Assembly: GCF_009914755.1 (NCBI RefSeq)
Contig: NC_060925.1
Strand: one strand, 5' to 3'
DNA from: the human T2T-CHM13v2.0 reference genome, Homo sapiens
DNA: 64,000 nucleotides
Shown: positions 1 to 15,045 of the stretch, one piece after another
Layout: every line of letters begins with the position of its first letter
How positions within the stretch are numbered: the first letter of the stretch is position 1
Translations under genes and position numbers: made by a program
The notes under the pieces: generated by a model
Databases searched by the model: none
What the model was told of the DNA's origin: nothing
What the model saw: the letters and a program-made list of their open reading frames with translations, nothing else

Positions 1-289
1 GTTTCATGCAAAAGCCCCATGCTTTTAATAGACCAGTGGAAAACTAAACGTCGCACCTTATTCCTTGTCCTGAGATGCCGCAGGGCCCTGCCTCAGCCAC
101 AGAAGATGCAATTGGTGAAGACTCAACCTTTCCCTACCAAGTGAGTGGGTAGAGCTGCCCACTGAGGGGTCGACCACATGTGACGTCTGTCAGATAAGAG
201 GACAGAGAGAGGGTGACTGGCTCAAGCCAGATTCAGGAGACATCACAGCCAGCAAATCCTGTTTGAGCAAACTGAAGTATGCAATGGAT

Positions 290-656
<367 letters not shown>

Positions 657-759
657 TTACTCCTTGGCAGTATCCAAGAATCAAGTACCCATGGTACCTC
701 ATCAAAACATCCTCCTGGGAAAGGGAGAGAACCCCATACACGTCGAGGTCTGTGAGACG

Positions 760-801
760 GACTGTGCTAAGTGTGTGTCCGACTGTGCTAAGTGTGTGTC
801 C
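760..801. repeat. Perfect 21-bp tandem duplication
   Basis: gactgtgctaagtgtgtgtcc x2. Confidence 0.95.
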
Positions 802-1404
802 TCCCGAGGTGTACTGGCAGCCTAAAAGGCATCCTTAGCCATCAGTGAGTTTGCAAGGGGGAGGGGAAATGTACTGAGATTTGGGGAGGTGCTGGCAGGG
901 CTCTCCCAGCAGCCCCCAAAAACACAGAAGTCACTTACTTGTTTCGTCTTTGGCTGATTGTACATTACATGTCATTGACTCCACCTCCAGCCTCAGGCTG
1001 GGCTGAGGTTCTTTCATGGTGAGGGTCTTCCGGTGGGCTAAGGAAAATTACAAGCTTGACTTTCACAAGTATTTATGGAGCAGTGGTAGAGGCAGAGGCC
1101 AGAGAGAGACAGAGAGAGAGATAGCTCTCAAAGCTAAGCTCCTGGCTTTGGGAGCTTAGGATATCATCAAAGGGGGCAGAGATAAAGCATAGCTGGGAAC
1201 ACATTGGGCTCAATCCTTTAACTACAGTGGGGTGGCATGAGACAGCCCTATTGCTGGGAGGAGATCCAGCTCCGCAGGGGTACAGGGCAGGGGCCTTCAA
1301 ATGGTAGATGCACACAGATTTCCCCAGAAGAATGCCAGCAAGGATGGGTCCAAGGGGATCAATTTCCAATGCCTCAATGTTCCTAAGTTTTCTTCTATTT
1401 TATA

Positions 1405-1844
<440 letters not shown>

Positions 1845-2014
1845 CTGGCTCCTAAGTTTTCTACTGAAACTTCTGGGAAAATGTAGCACCTTCCCAATAA
1901 TCCAACCCCAATTTACAAAAAAACAAACAAAAAAAGCAGATTCTTATCCATCCCATATCTTCTTATGGAGCATTTCCTGGGGTGAAAAAAATCTCTTTAG
2001 TCCCACGTTGGCAG

Positions 2015-2600
2015 TGTGAAACTGTCTTTCCCTGTGCCGTCCAGAAAACCACCAGGATGGCTCATATTAGAAAGGCTAATATTAGTGGCGATGTCAGTTT
2101 ACAAATGAGAAAGAGACTGTCTCCAGCTGGACCAAAGGTGCCGTCTTCAAAGACAGCAGGTTGAGTTTTCTGCCTTCCAGGGCCTGTGTTCCTATGTAGC
2201 AGGTTTGAAGGAAAGGCTGTCCATTTACACGAGGGGAGTCAAGTGCGTGCACGGTGGGTAAACATGCTTGTAACTTACATCTCATGTTCACTTCGGAGTG
2301 GGGTTTTAGTTAAAATGAGGTGGCATTTGGTTCTTTACGTCAAAATGTGAACTATAGGACACAAAGACAGTTCGTATGCATCCTCTCTCAGCTGCTGAAA
2401 CTGGCTTGAGGTGTGCAGTAGCTTATCAGGAGAGAATGTTTGTAAGGCCAGTCCTCTGTCCAGTCAGAGTTGTAGCGGTCTGGGTTATAAATCAGAATTT
2501 TGGTCCCACTCAAACCCGTAAGTGTGTTACTTATTCCTGGGCCATAGAGCTGCCTTTGCTGTCAGAGATTCAGTTGTGGGTATCTCAGCTCTGGAACATG
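2015..2600. mobile_element. Probable ERV1-class LTR remnant
   Basis: Resembles recalled MER/LTR consensus tracts; subfamily not assignable. Confidence 0.4.
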
Positions 2601-2619
2601 GCATATTGATTTTTAAAGT

Positions 2620-2920
2620 TATTATTATTATTATTATAGAGTAAGGGTCTAGCTCTGTTACCCCAGCAGGAATGCAGTGGCATGATCATGGCTTACTGCT
2701 GCCTTGACCTCCTGGGCTCAAGTGATTCTCCCAACTCAGCATCCTGAGTAGCTGGGATCACAGGTACGTGTCACCACACCTGGCTAATGTTATTTTTATT
2801 TTTTATAGAAGCAGGGTCTTGCTATGTTGCCCAGGCTGGTCTCAAACTCCTCACCTCAAGTGATCCTCTCGCCTCTGCCTCTCAAAGCATTGGGATTACA
2901 GGTATGAACCACTGCGGGTT
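2620..2920 (-). mobile_element. AluJ element
   Basis: Diverged antisense Alu with (TTA)n tail. Confidence 0.9.
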
Positions 2921-3319
2921 GGGGGGCTGGTGTCCCATTGTGTGTTGAGAAGCATCTTCCCAGCCAGGTCAGCCCAGGCTGCCTGGAGCAGCTCAGCCAG
3001 GTGCTCTCTGGACTCTGCAGAGCCCTCAGAAAAACACAGAGCTTGAGGAGACCCTGATGTGTCATCTCCAGCATCCCCCAGGGTGGAAGGTACCAAACTG
3101 GCAGCTCTGGCTCAGCTCCTCATTCCACTGCTGGTCCACACCTTTTGGGGGTCCTCTTGCTTCCTAAAAGCAATTTACAGACGTTTCCCACACAGTCCTG
3201 CAAGGCACAGGCACAGTGCTAGTAACAGGCTCAACTCCTGCTCTGCAATGGAAATGCATGACCCCACCGCTCCTACCTTGTAGGATCCCACACAATTTGC
3301 ATGGTGGCCTCTAAACCCA

Positions 3320-3485
3320 CAGTCCTCAAAGTGGGGACCCAGGACCAGTAGCTTCAGCATCACCTGGGAACTTGTTGGAAATGCAAATTCTTGGGCCCCA
3401 CCCCTTACCTATTGAATCAGCACTTTGGCAGTGGAGCCCAGCAGTCTTGCCTTCCAGGCAAGCAAGCCCTCCAGGTGAATCCACT
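3320..3485. mobile_element. MER5A (hAT-Charlie MITE)
   Basis: cagcatcacctgggaacttgttggaaatgcaaattcttgggccccacccc...gaatcag matches the MER5A core; a second fragment lies near 4480-4560. Confidence 0.8.
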
Positions 3486-5760
3486 CTCAACCTCACTTGT
3501 GTAGGAAATAGGTATCATCAATGTTTGGAAGCCAACCGTTGTTTTGGGGCTGAAAGGAAATAGTGCGTGTTCCTGGCAGGAAGGTAAAGGCCAGTATGTA
3601 GCAGCTGCTGTTATCTCACCAGTAACGCATCATCATTCATGGCCATGGCTTTCTGAGCTTAAGCTGTTTGCCAAGAATGGAGCCACATACCCTCCTTCTT
3701 TCCCTCTTCCCCTCAGCTGAGCAGGGTCTCATGCTTCCAGATCCCCTGTGTTTCACTTCAGCTCCTTTAGCTAACCGAGTCTCGCTGCCCAAGGCCCATA
3801 TTCCTTCTCTCATGACCTGCTGGCTCTATCTGGTCCAGGAGGGTGAGTTCTTTCTTCCCTCTGGTCTTCAGGTTCCCCCTCCCAAGACCCAGCTTTTCTC
3901 TCTAGGTTTTCAGACCAACAGCACCCAGAGCCGATCCACTAACTCCTTCATCCTGGCCCCTCTCCCCACCCCAGGACCCCCAGCTGAATGCAATTCCTTA
4001 TTACCTCCCACTCCTCCATCCTGATCAAAAGGTCATGTGACCAACCTTCTAGATTCTAGACACATCCGGGGGTGTGGGATAGAAGGCAGGTGTCCTTGAA
4101 TCATGACCTAGCCTCAGCATCCCTCTAAATTAGTTGCATGTAACCCAATCTCCCCCACCTAGGCTTCATTGTGTTTCAATCTTTTTGAATAAAGCGGGCC
4201 ATCTTTCTTTCTGTGTGTGACCTTGGAGTTACACATAAGCAGAATAGATGTGCATCTATTCTCCATCTAACAGGCTCAACAGACAATGCACTATTCCTCC
4301 TGTCAACAGACATTATTGACACTAGAGTCATAAAATGCATCTCCAAGATGGGGAAGTCAGTTCAAGAAAGAGTATCTGTATCACGAGTTTTCTCTTTACA
4401 TTTCCAACTCCTTGGCTCTAGGGGTGTTGCCGCTACCCCTCATCTTCTAGGTTCAGGTGCTCAGCTCCTGTTTGTAGCCCCAGGACAAGACGTTTAGAAA
4501 TGCAGAATCTCTCCCTATCCCACAACAGAATTGCACCTGCATAACCAGTGCCCCAGGTAGATCTGGCTGAGAAGCTATGATGAAGGGCAAGGTTTGCCAA
4601 ATGTTCCTGGGGACAAGTTCTCCAGCGACACTGGTTTAAAATAGGAATTCCGAAAAGGTCTGATTAATGAGTTTGAGGTGGAACCCAGGAAACTGGGCAT
4701 TTATTTAAAACAATCTCTCCTGTGATTCTTAGAAAGTAAATTTATAATGGGGAGGGGTCAAAGATAAGCATCTGAAAACAATTTTCACGCAATGTGGAGC
4801 TTTGAGACAGCGTTAGTCTTCAGGTTCTTTTGTTGAATGGAATTTGTGGCATCTGGGAGTGGAGCAGAGACCACTTCCCAAACTCCTGTTCTTATTTTTT
4901 TAAATTCCAGCAATTCAGAAGGAATTAAAGTAAAAGACGTAAGTTCTCTGGTTGCTGATATCTGGTACCTGAGATCAAGGCAAGATCGCTTAAACCAGTA
5001 AAGTGAGGATTATGGGAGCAAACTCAGGAATAAAGAGGGTGAACCAGGCCTGGAAGGGGACACAGGTTTGGCGACCAGACGGGTCACCGCTTGGCCCGGC
5101 CTAATCCAACTGCGCACGTCGGTGGGCCACAGCATCGCAGCGCTGGATCCCCGGGTCGGCAGAGGCGGATGGAGTTCAGCCTCTTTTTCAAAACTGCCAA
5201 AGCCACCCGGTCTGCCAAACTCCCCCACCAGCCAGCTCTGGGGCAGCCCCCCGGAGCCCGCCCGCTCCGGTCCCCGGGACAAGGGCGCAATTGACCAGCG
5301 CGGGCCGCCTCTGGCCCACCCAGATGACGGCCAACTTTTTTTGTTTTTAAGCCATCAAATTCAATATTTACAGGAACAACCCCATGCTTGGTTCTAAAAC
5401 TACTGGCCACTCAAGAAACAGTTTACTTCTCACTTCTGCCCATAACAAGAAAAACATAGACTTGTGCCTTACTCTTAAAAAAAAAATAATAATAAATATA
5501 GGTTTTTTAAAATTTATATATAATTTTTAAAACCCCGTTTGTTGCATGTGGTCCCTTTCCCTCCTGTTGTTGAGCAGAATAAAAGCCCATTTTGCCAGGG
5601 CCCGCAGTCCTGGCGGCCCCCGCAGCTGCGGCCCTGTAACTTTAAACCTGGCCTGAGATCATCGTTTTGGCGCCGGCCAAACAGAGCCCGAGGGCGGGCC
5701 TAGCGCGCCCGGACGGAGACCACCTTGCGGCCGACCCCGCTCCCCCGCCTCCTCGGGAGA

Positions 5761-5767
5761 GATAAAT
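5761..5767 (+). promoter_or_regulatory. TATA-like element GATAAAT, predicting a TSS near 5788-5795
   Basis: Short AT-rich motif in GC-rich context upstream of exon 1; a TATA-like TAAAT is recalled from the rodent T1alpha/Pdpn promoter. Confidence 0.5.
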
Positions 5768-5993
5768 GCTGACTCCGCTCGGAAAGTTCTCAACTGCAAA
5801 GTTTGCTGTCCGGCTGCCTAGGGTCTGGGAAGCTCGGGCACCCTCCCTCTCCGGGGCTCCTGCTCCCACCCCTCCGGCCCCTCCACCGTCGCGCTCCTCC
5901 AGGCTGGGCCTGTGGCCGCGGTGCTTTTTAATTTTCCCCCAGCTCAGAATCTTGCTGCTCGGCCCCCAGGAGAGCAACAACTCAACGGGAACG
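5766..5993 (+). CDS. PDPN: In-frame 76-aa N-terminal extension (238-aa long podoplanin isoform) from upstream ATG
   Basis: ATG 5766 is in frame with ATG 5994 with no stop (MLTPLGKFSTAK...NSTGT); weak Kozak context (T at -3, C at +4). Confidence 0.5.
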
Positions 5994-6060
5994 ATGTGGA
6001 AGGTGTCAGCTCTGCTCTTCGTTTTGGGAAGCGCGTCGCTCTGGGTCCTGGCAGAAGGAG
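5994..6060 (+). CDS. PDPN: Podoplanin coding exon 1 (signal peptide MWKVSALLFVLGSASLWVLAEG)
   Basis: Recognised podoplanin N-terminus; ATG with A at -3; donor GAG|GTAAGA at 6061; 67 nt, phase 1. Confidence 0.98.
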
Positions 6061-7429
6061 GTAAGACCCAGCGCAAGTGGCTTCCTGCCGTCGCTGATGG
6101 GGACGAGCGAGCAGAGACTTGCTGGAATGCCCGGGCCTGGTATTCGAGGTTGTCCAGGGGAGCGCGGGGGAGCTGAGGGTGTGTGCGTGTCAGGCGGCTG
6201 AGCGCCGGAGGAGAGGCAGCGGCTTAGTCGGTGCCAGGTCCCAAAGACGCAGCTGCGCGGGTGTGCCGGGAGGAGCCCCGGAATCCACAGGCTGCGAGGT
6301 GGGCAGCACAGGGGGCCTCCCTCCGAGTCGGCAGCACCAGAGAGATCGGGTGGAAGGTTCACAGTAGGCAGCCCCGCTTGCTGGCAGCGGTGGCTGGGGT
6401 TTCCTTCCCATAGAGCGGTGTGTTGGAGGAATACGCACGCCTCGGGAGAAGCTGGCCTCGTAGAATCAGGAGGGACGTTCAGGAGGGCTTGGGCCAAGGG
6501 GAGGGTTCCCCGCCCTGCGGTGGCCCTGGTCCCCCTTGGGACTACCTAGTCTGGCGCCCTGCCTGTTGGACACACTCAGCACCCCGTCACTGGACTGGAA
6601 GAGGCCTCCTTTATCCTCTTTAGAGAGGATAGTGTGTGTGGAAAGGATCCAAGTGGAGGCTTCCGAGGAGTGTGAGTGCATGAGGATTGTTACGCGTTAC
6701 GAACATTGAGGTTTAAGTGGGTTTGAGCCACGTGTTCATCTTGGGCAACAACATCAGTGGCTGAATGTCTGTTGGTGACTCCTTAGGCTTTAAATATTTT
6801 GTATCCCATGTTGGGGTGGGGGCGTCCACAGCTTCCATTACCCTTTGTCCTCTCCTGGAGCCTTACCTCTTCCCGCTGGGTTGCTGTGTTGGTGGTCTCC
6901 ATTGACATCTGTCAACATTTTGTTTTCTTTTCTTGGGTTTTTATTTTTATATTTCCTCAATAGAACATATGTTCTGCAGGACGCAGCTACATCCAGCCAT
7001 GATTCCCCACGGCCAAAACAATGCTTGGCACATAGTAGTTGCTCACTAAATGTTGGTTGAAGGAATTGTAACCTAACTCGTGATCTTTGGGGCTGGAGGT
7101 TGCTGAGTTATGCTGTGAAAAGTAAACATTTTCCAAAAATTGAGGATCAAGGTAGGCCTAGGCCCTGAGGAATACTTCTTGGAGAGGGAGCGGTTTGCAG
7201 GAGGGGTGCGCCTAACCTGGCCTCCTACAATGGTCCACACAGACAAAAATACCCAATCTCAGGGAAATGACAGAGTTCTGCTCTATGCTGTGCTGTCTGC
7301 TTCAAAGGGACTGAGCAACTCTTTTTATAGGGGCCGTGGGTTATTCGTAGCAGTCCTATCTTTGGAACTTCTCTTTCCACTGGAATATATACAGTTCTGT
7401 ATTTTCAGTTACATTTCCTTTTTGGCGAG

Positions 7430-7596
7430 ACAATGTGCAAATGACACCGTTTTGTGCTCACCAGGGCAAAGCAAGGGAGCGCCCTCACTTCAGCATCTCA
7501 GCCCTGCTAAAGAAAAAGCTGCTGGGTAACATCCTTTGTTTTTGCCCAGGGAAGCTTTAGCTGTGATTCCCTTCAGCCGGCTCCTGAATGTCAAAG
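7430..7596 (+). other. PDPN: Putative alternative non-coding first exon (short isoform starting at Met43)
   Basis: Candidate donor AAG|GTACTC at 7597; recalled short isoforms beginning MPGAEDD use a first exon about 1.7 kb downstream of exon 1; start coordinate is a rough estimate. Confidence 0.35.
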
Positions 7597-8740
7597 GTAC
7601 TCCTAAAAGATGGCGTTAAAACCGAAAAACCATCGTTGGTGCTGGAAACTCCACTACTAAAGAAAGAAGTGGTATGCGGGGCTGGCTGAGTGAGGGTGGG
7701 TGCTGAGTTGCCTGGCTGCCAGAGGAGCAGAGGCCCAGCAGGGTTTTTGTCTGAGAATAATGAGCGAGGCGACTTGAATATGGATGAATAACATCATTGA
7801 GCGAAGCTATTGTGGGCTTTTGTTGGGGAGCTGGGCTGGGGGGTAATTATGGTGATGAATTTTATGATCCTTTTCATAAGATCCTACGCCCTACTGGGTT
7901 TCCCTCCTCCAGGGTTATAATCTGGTTCAGTTTTATAATCTGGTCCCATGTGTCATCCCTTTGGGTGTTAGTGGATTCAAAGGAGGTCTGTTGTCCACAC
8001 ATCTGGCATTTTTTTCCATTGTCAGGCGCCACCCTCATGCTGAACTTTCATCAGGAAGGCACGTTTTGGGGGCCACTTCATTAGAGAGTTTATTTTGTGA
8101 GATTCTGCAAGCTGCTGCTCGCTGCTAACCCACATGTGCTTTTCCGGGACCAATCCACCCAGGATTAATCATGCGGCCAACAAATTTCCCTGTGATTTCC
8201 CCGAAACGCTTGCCAGTTTGGAGGCCCTGAAATCCTCATGAGTTGTTAAGAGTTTTTGTTGCACTGAAGGCACTTAATAAAGATCAGGTCTGTTAGAGGC
8301 TTTGTGAGGGAGGCCTCTGCATTGCACTGGTGTATAAGATCCAAAATAACATTGAATATAGAAAAGCACAATTTAAAAAATGTGTCCGGGCATGAGAAGG
8401 CTAAGTCTGGACGTGGCCAAAGGGACTAAACTCCTTCCTTTCTTTGGCTTCTGTAAAATGAGCAGCACGCGAGTGACTCTACACTGTAGAATTATAAGGA
8501 CCTCAAGCCTTGGCAAGACAGTGGAGGGTCAGGCCAAAGGACACAACCATCCTCTCATTCCCATCGCCTGCCATGTGCTAGGAATATTGCTAGCTACTTC
8601 TTTCAATCATCATAATACCTGTAAATTACATACTCTTATCTCGGAATATACCAGAACTGGGTTTGAAAAATATGTCTAACTTCAAACCTGAAGATCTTTT
8701 TACTACACTACTCTGCCATTAAAAAAAAAAAAAAAAAAGA

Positions 8741-9010
8741 GGCTGGGCATGGTGGCTCACGCCTGTGAGGGGCCGAGGCGGGCGGATCATGAAGTCAGGA
8801 GTTCGAGACCAGCCTGGCCAATATGGTGAAACCCCGTCTCTACTAAAAATACAAAAATTAGTTGGGCATGGTGGTGCGCGCCTGTAGTCCTAGTTACTTG
8901 GAGGCTGAGGCGGAAGAATCGCTTGAACTCGTGAGGCGGCAGTTGCAGTGAACCAAGATCACACCACAGCACTCCAGCCTGGCAACAGAGCGAGACTCCG
9001 TCTCAAAAAA
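8741..9010 (+). mobile_element. AluS with short internal deletion, preceded by poly(A)
   Basis: Alu consensus lacking the aatcccagcacttt segment. Confidence 0.9.
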
Positions 9011-10519
9011 ATATATAAAAACAAAGTAAAGAGGTTGAACTTGAAATTAAAGGTTAACCTCACTTTAAGCCTCTTAAACGTAGAAACAAAATTTTCTAAA
9101 GATACGAGAATTCCTTTACATTAAATGCTCCCCATAATGTTCTTTTAAGAATGAAATTGTCATAATACATTAAAATAGGATTTATTAATTCATTCTGCAA
9201 ATAGTTATTAAGCATTTCCTGAGTTCTTGGTGTGTTACTAGATGCAGAATTTGAACTGTATGCACTTTTGAGAGAGGCACACCTCACATGCTAAAGTGTG
9301 CCCTGCAGTCCTCACCAGCAAAGCAATGAACATGCACTTTCAAATTCCATCGGCTTATCTGAATATTTGTCATATTTCTGGCTTTGGAAAGGAGGCAGGC
9401 CAGGTTATAACTTGTGGAAATACGACGGGGGAGGAGGAGGAGGAGGGAGAGAGAACTCAACTACTCAGGATTACCCTGGTGAAATTTATTTGACGAATCT
9501 GAATCAGATGCTGTAGGGCTTTTCCAGGAAGCCTTGCCACTCTTGGTGCCCCAAAACTTCTCAGGGAAGTACCCAGTGTGCACGTTTTATTGAAGAGAAT
9601 CAACTGATGGAGGGTGCTGGACACTTCCAAGTGGACAGTTACTGTGATGAGTCTTAGGATTCTCATTTGCTGGGCAAGAGATACAGCTCTGTGATTAGGC
9701 ATTTTATCTGGGGCTGTGAGCTAGAGCCCCGGTAGGGAATAACTGGAATTCTGCCAATTCCATCCAAGGCAGGAAAACAAGGTGACTGTTTCCTTCCCAC
9801 ATGTCTAACCCCAGCCCCTGTCCACCGGCCTGTTGGCAGCCAGTCAGATGATGGCAAGCTCCCCTGAGTGTCAGCCGAAAGAGGTAGGAGGGCTCACCCT
9901 CCTTTTTGTCTGGCTGAGTGTCTTTGCCTTGAGAATTGCTCAGAGATGGATTTGTCCTTTGAAGTGAATCAAGCTAAGTCCAGGGGGAAGTACGCAGGTA
10001 TGGCCAACTCGTTCATGTAGTTTTTTGAGGAGCTGAAAGCTGACATTGTGAGGCAATGCTAAATTTCATGAACCCGCCCCCCCAAACACACATACACACA
10101 CACACACCCCTGGAGAAAGATGTGATGGGCTCTTGACCCCCATCCAGAGAGGCCAGGCCACAAAGTGCCGTAGGCAATAGAGGGAGACCAACCCTGAGCC
10201 ACTGGGGTAACAATCACCATTGTTAATGTTTGCAGCATGTACAAATGCCAGATACACAGAGTGTAAATGGGAAGCAGGAAAGGGGCATTCTAGAATATTT
10301 TTAACATATTATTGATGAGAACAGGGCACTTCCCACAATTCATCAGGGTGTCTCCATCCGGGAGAATAGAACACAACTCATTTAAAAAGCTGTGATACAG
10401 CGAATATTGTCCTGCCCCAAAGAGAAGGGAATCAGTTTGCCTAGAAGAGGAGAAGAATGAGAATTTGTTGATGTTTAAACCTTCCCTGCCCAAAGAATTA
10501 ACTGATTTAACAAATATTT

Positions 10520-10917
10520 TTATTATATATAATATAAATATATAACTATATATTATATATTTACATATATAATATATAATATAAATATATAACTATATAT
10601 TATATATTTACATATATATAAAATATATATATAATATATGTATTTTTTTGAGACAGGGTCTCACTCTGTCACCCAGGCTGGAGTCCAGTAGCACTATCTC
10701 GTCTCACTGTAGCATTGACCTCCCAGGCTCAAGCGATCCTCCCACCTCAGCCTCCTGAGTATCTGGGACCACAGGTGTGCACCACCACACCCAACTGTTT
10801 TTGTATTTTTAGTAGAGATGGAGTTTCACCATGTTGCCCAGGCTGGTCTCGAACTCCTGAGCCTGCCTTGGCCTCCCAGAGTGCTGGGATTACAGGTGTG
10901 AGCCACCATACCCGGCC
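10520..10917 (-). mobile_element. AluJ with expanded (TA)-rich tail repeat
   Basis: Antisense Alu 10645-10917; AT-rich duplicated unit of about 47 bp at 10520-10640. Confidence 0.9.
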
Positions 10918-11444
10918 AACAATTCATTGAATAGCTACTATTCAATAAATTGAATAGTGCTACTATTCAATAAATATTTATTGAACAGCTATTTATTGAA
11001 TAGCTACTGTGTAAGTCAGGCAGTGGGGAACAAGGCAAACCCCATCCCTGCTTACCGTTAGTAGGAAAGGTGTCATATGTGGTGACTGGGGATATTCTGA
11101 TCTCAATCAAGGTGGTTCTGTGATGAATCAGATGTCTTTGTTTTGTCACAGTCTGGAAATTTATTCCACCCGACAGCTCCACCCTTTGCTTTTGTTGTAA
11201 ATACAAAAAATAGCATCTTGTGGGGTATCTCACCCCTGAGAAGGGCATGCCTTGGACAGCAAATATGCATACAAAGCGTTGGAAAACAGTTTCCTGTTCT
11301 AAATAAACTATTTGGTTTTCTGGCCTCTTGTGAGCTTGGCTAATGGGAAACAGTTTGTTCTGAGCCAAATCTCCCCATAAGATTAAATGTGAATCTGTAA
11401 AGCTACAGGATCTAGATTCTGAATGGCTGGTGTTAATAGCGCTA

Positions 11445-11690
11445 ACAATATAATAACAGCTAGCGTTTACTGAGTGCTTAGCGTGTGTGAACCCCTTTCT
11501 AAGCCCTGTTTCATTCAGTCCTCACAACAGACTACTCGGCTGGAGCTTCTTGTATTTTATAGAGGAATTAAGAGACTCAGTGAGGTTCAGTAGCCCACAC
11601 ACAGACACGGAGCTTGTAAATGGCAGCAGTGAGACTGAACCCAGGCTGCTCAACCCTAGAGCCCACGCCCCTAACCACTTAGCTACACAA
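11445..11690 (-). mobile_element. MIR
   Basis: MIR core: attttatagaggaattaagagactcagtgaggtt...gaacccagg...cctaaccact. Confidence 0.75.
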
Positions 11691-11799
11691 TCAGCTATGC
11701 TTGGAATAGCTTGAATCCGTGCCACTGAGGACACCCAGAAAAGCGAGAGGTTGATTCCTTCAAGTACTTCTTACCTTACGGCAGCAAACCACTTGTATT

Positions 11800-12110
11800 T
11801 ATTGATTGATTGATTGATTGATCGATTGAGATGGAGTCTTGCTCTGTCGCCCAGGCTGGAGTGCAGTGGTGCAATCCCAGCTCACCGCAACCTCCGACCC
11901 CCAGGTTCCAACCATTCTCCTGCCTCAGCCTCCCTAGTAGCTGGGATTACAGGCATGTGCCACCACGCCTGGCTAATTTTTCTACGTTTGGTAGAGATGG
12001 GGTTTCACCATGTTGGCCAGGCTGTTCTTGAACTCCTGACCTCAAGTGATCCACCCGCCTCAGCCCTCCCAAGTGCTGGAATTACAGGCGTAAGCCACCG
12101 CTCCCTGCCA
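11800..12110 (-). mobile_element. AluS with (TTGA)n tail
   Basis: Antisense Alu consensus. Confidence 0.95.
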
Positions 12111-12803
12111 CCATTTGTTATTTTTACATACATGATTTCTTTCCAGCTTGTATTAACTTTGTTGGTTGCATACATAATGCTGATGATGTGTATCCCCAGT
12201 GCTGGGAGTACTGAATCGAAGGATGCTGTCCCTGTCCCCTTAAGCATTTACAGAGCACACACATTAAGTTAGAGAGGAAGCATATGCTGTGATTGCAGCT
12301 TGCAAAGAGAGGCAAGACAGGTGCGTGTTTTCTACACATGTAGAAAGAACATACAAGCAACAGATAAAGTCGTGTCCTGCGCGGCACATGCTATTATTGT
12401 CTGTTGCTAGGGATTTAGAGATAAGAGAGAATCTTGGGGTTGGGAGGAGCTAGAAAAAGCCTTGTGGGGAAGATGCGACTTTATCTTGGCTGTGAAAAAT
12501 GGTGGGGTTGGTTGGAGCAGGTGGCAGGGACAGTTGGTCTAGGCAGAAGAAATGGCTTGAACAAATGCATGGAAATTAGATCAGTCCGGGCTTTTTGTGG
12601 GAATAGGCGTGGGCATTGAGGGCTGGCAAGAGTTGTGGAGGCTGGGGGTTAGAAGGGTTGAGTTGGGCAATGGCAGGAAACTGGGGAGACAGATGAGTCC
12701 GTGCTGAGTGGAAGAGGCGGGACCTTTTTCTGTAGGCAGAAATAGAGAATGGGAGTGGCCCATGAATGCTGGTTGTCAGAAGATAATGAAGAAGGAGCCA
12801 TAG

Positions 12804-13220
<417 letters not shown>

Positions 13221-13324
13221 GAGACCAAATTTCTAGGAATAAAAGCCAGCAAGACTTAACAGTTCAGCATTTCTTGACTTGTTACTAGTCACCTCTTACA
13301 GCACTCATGACTATATTCACACGT

Positions 13325-15045
<1,721 letters not shown>

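Larger units (their letters stand above)
5070..6530. promoter_or_regulatory. PDPN: CpG island / GC-rich PDPN promoter and exon 1 region
   Basis: High GC and CpG density against CpG-poor flanks; GC boxes (e.g. gggcggg at ~5692); interrupted by an AT-rich tract at ~5470-5530. Confidence 0.9.

Noticed and set aside
5642-6497. Antisense ORFs of 144 and 163 aa across the promoter and exon 1
   Set aside because: Expected from stop-codon scarcity in a CpG island; no recognisable protein features.
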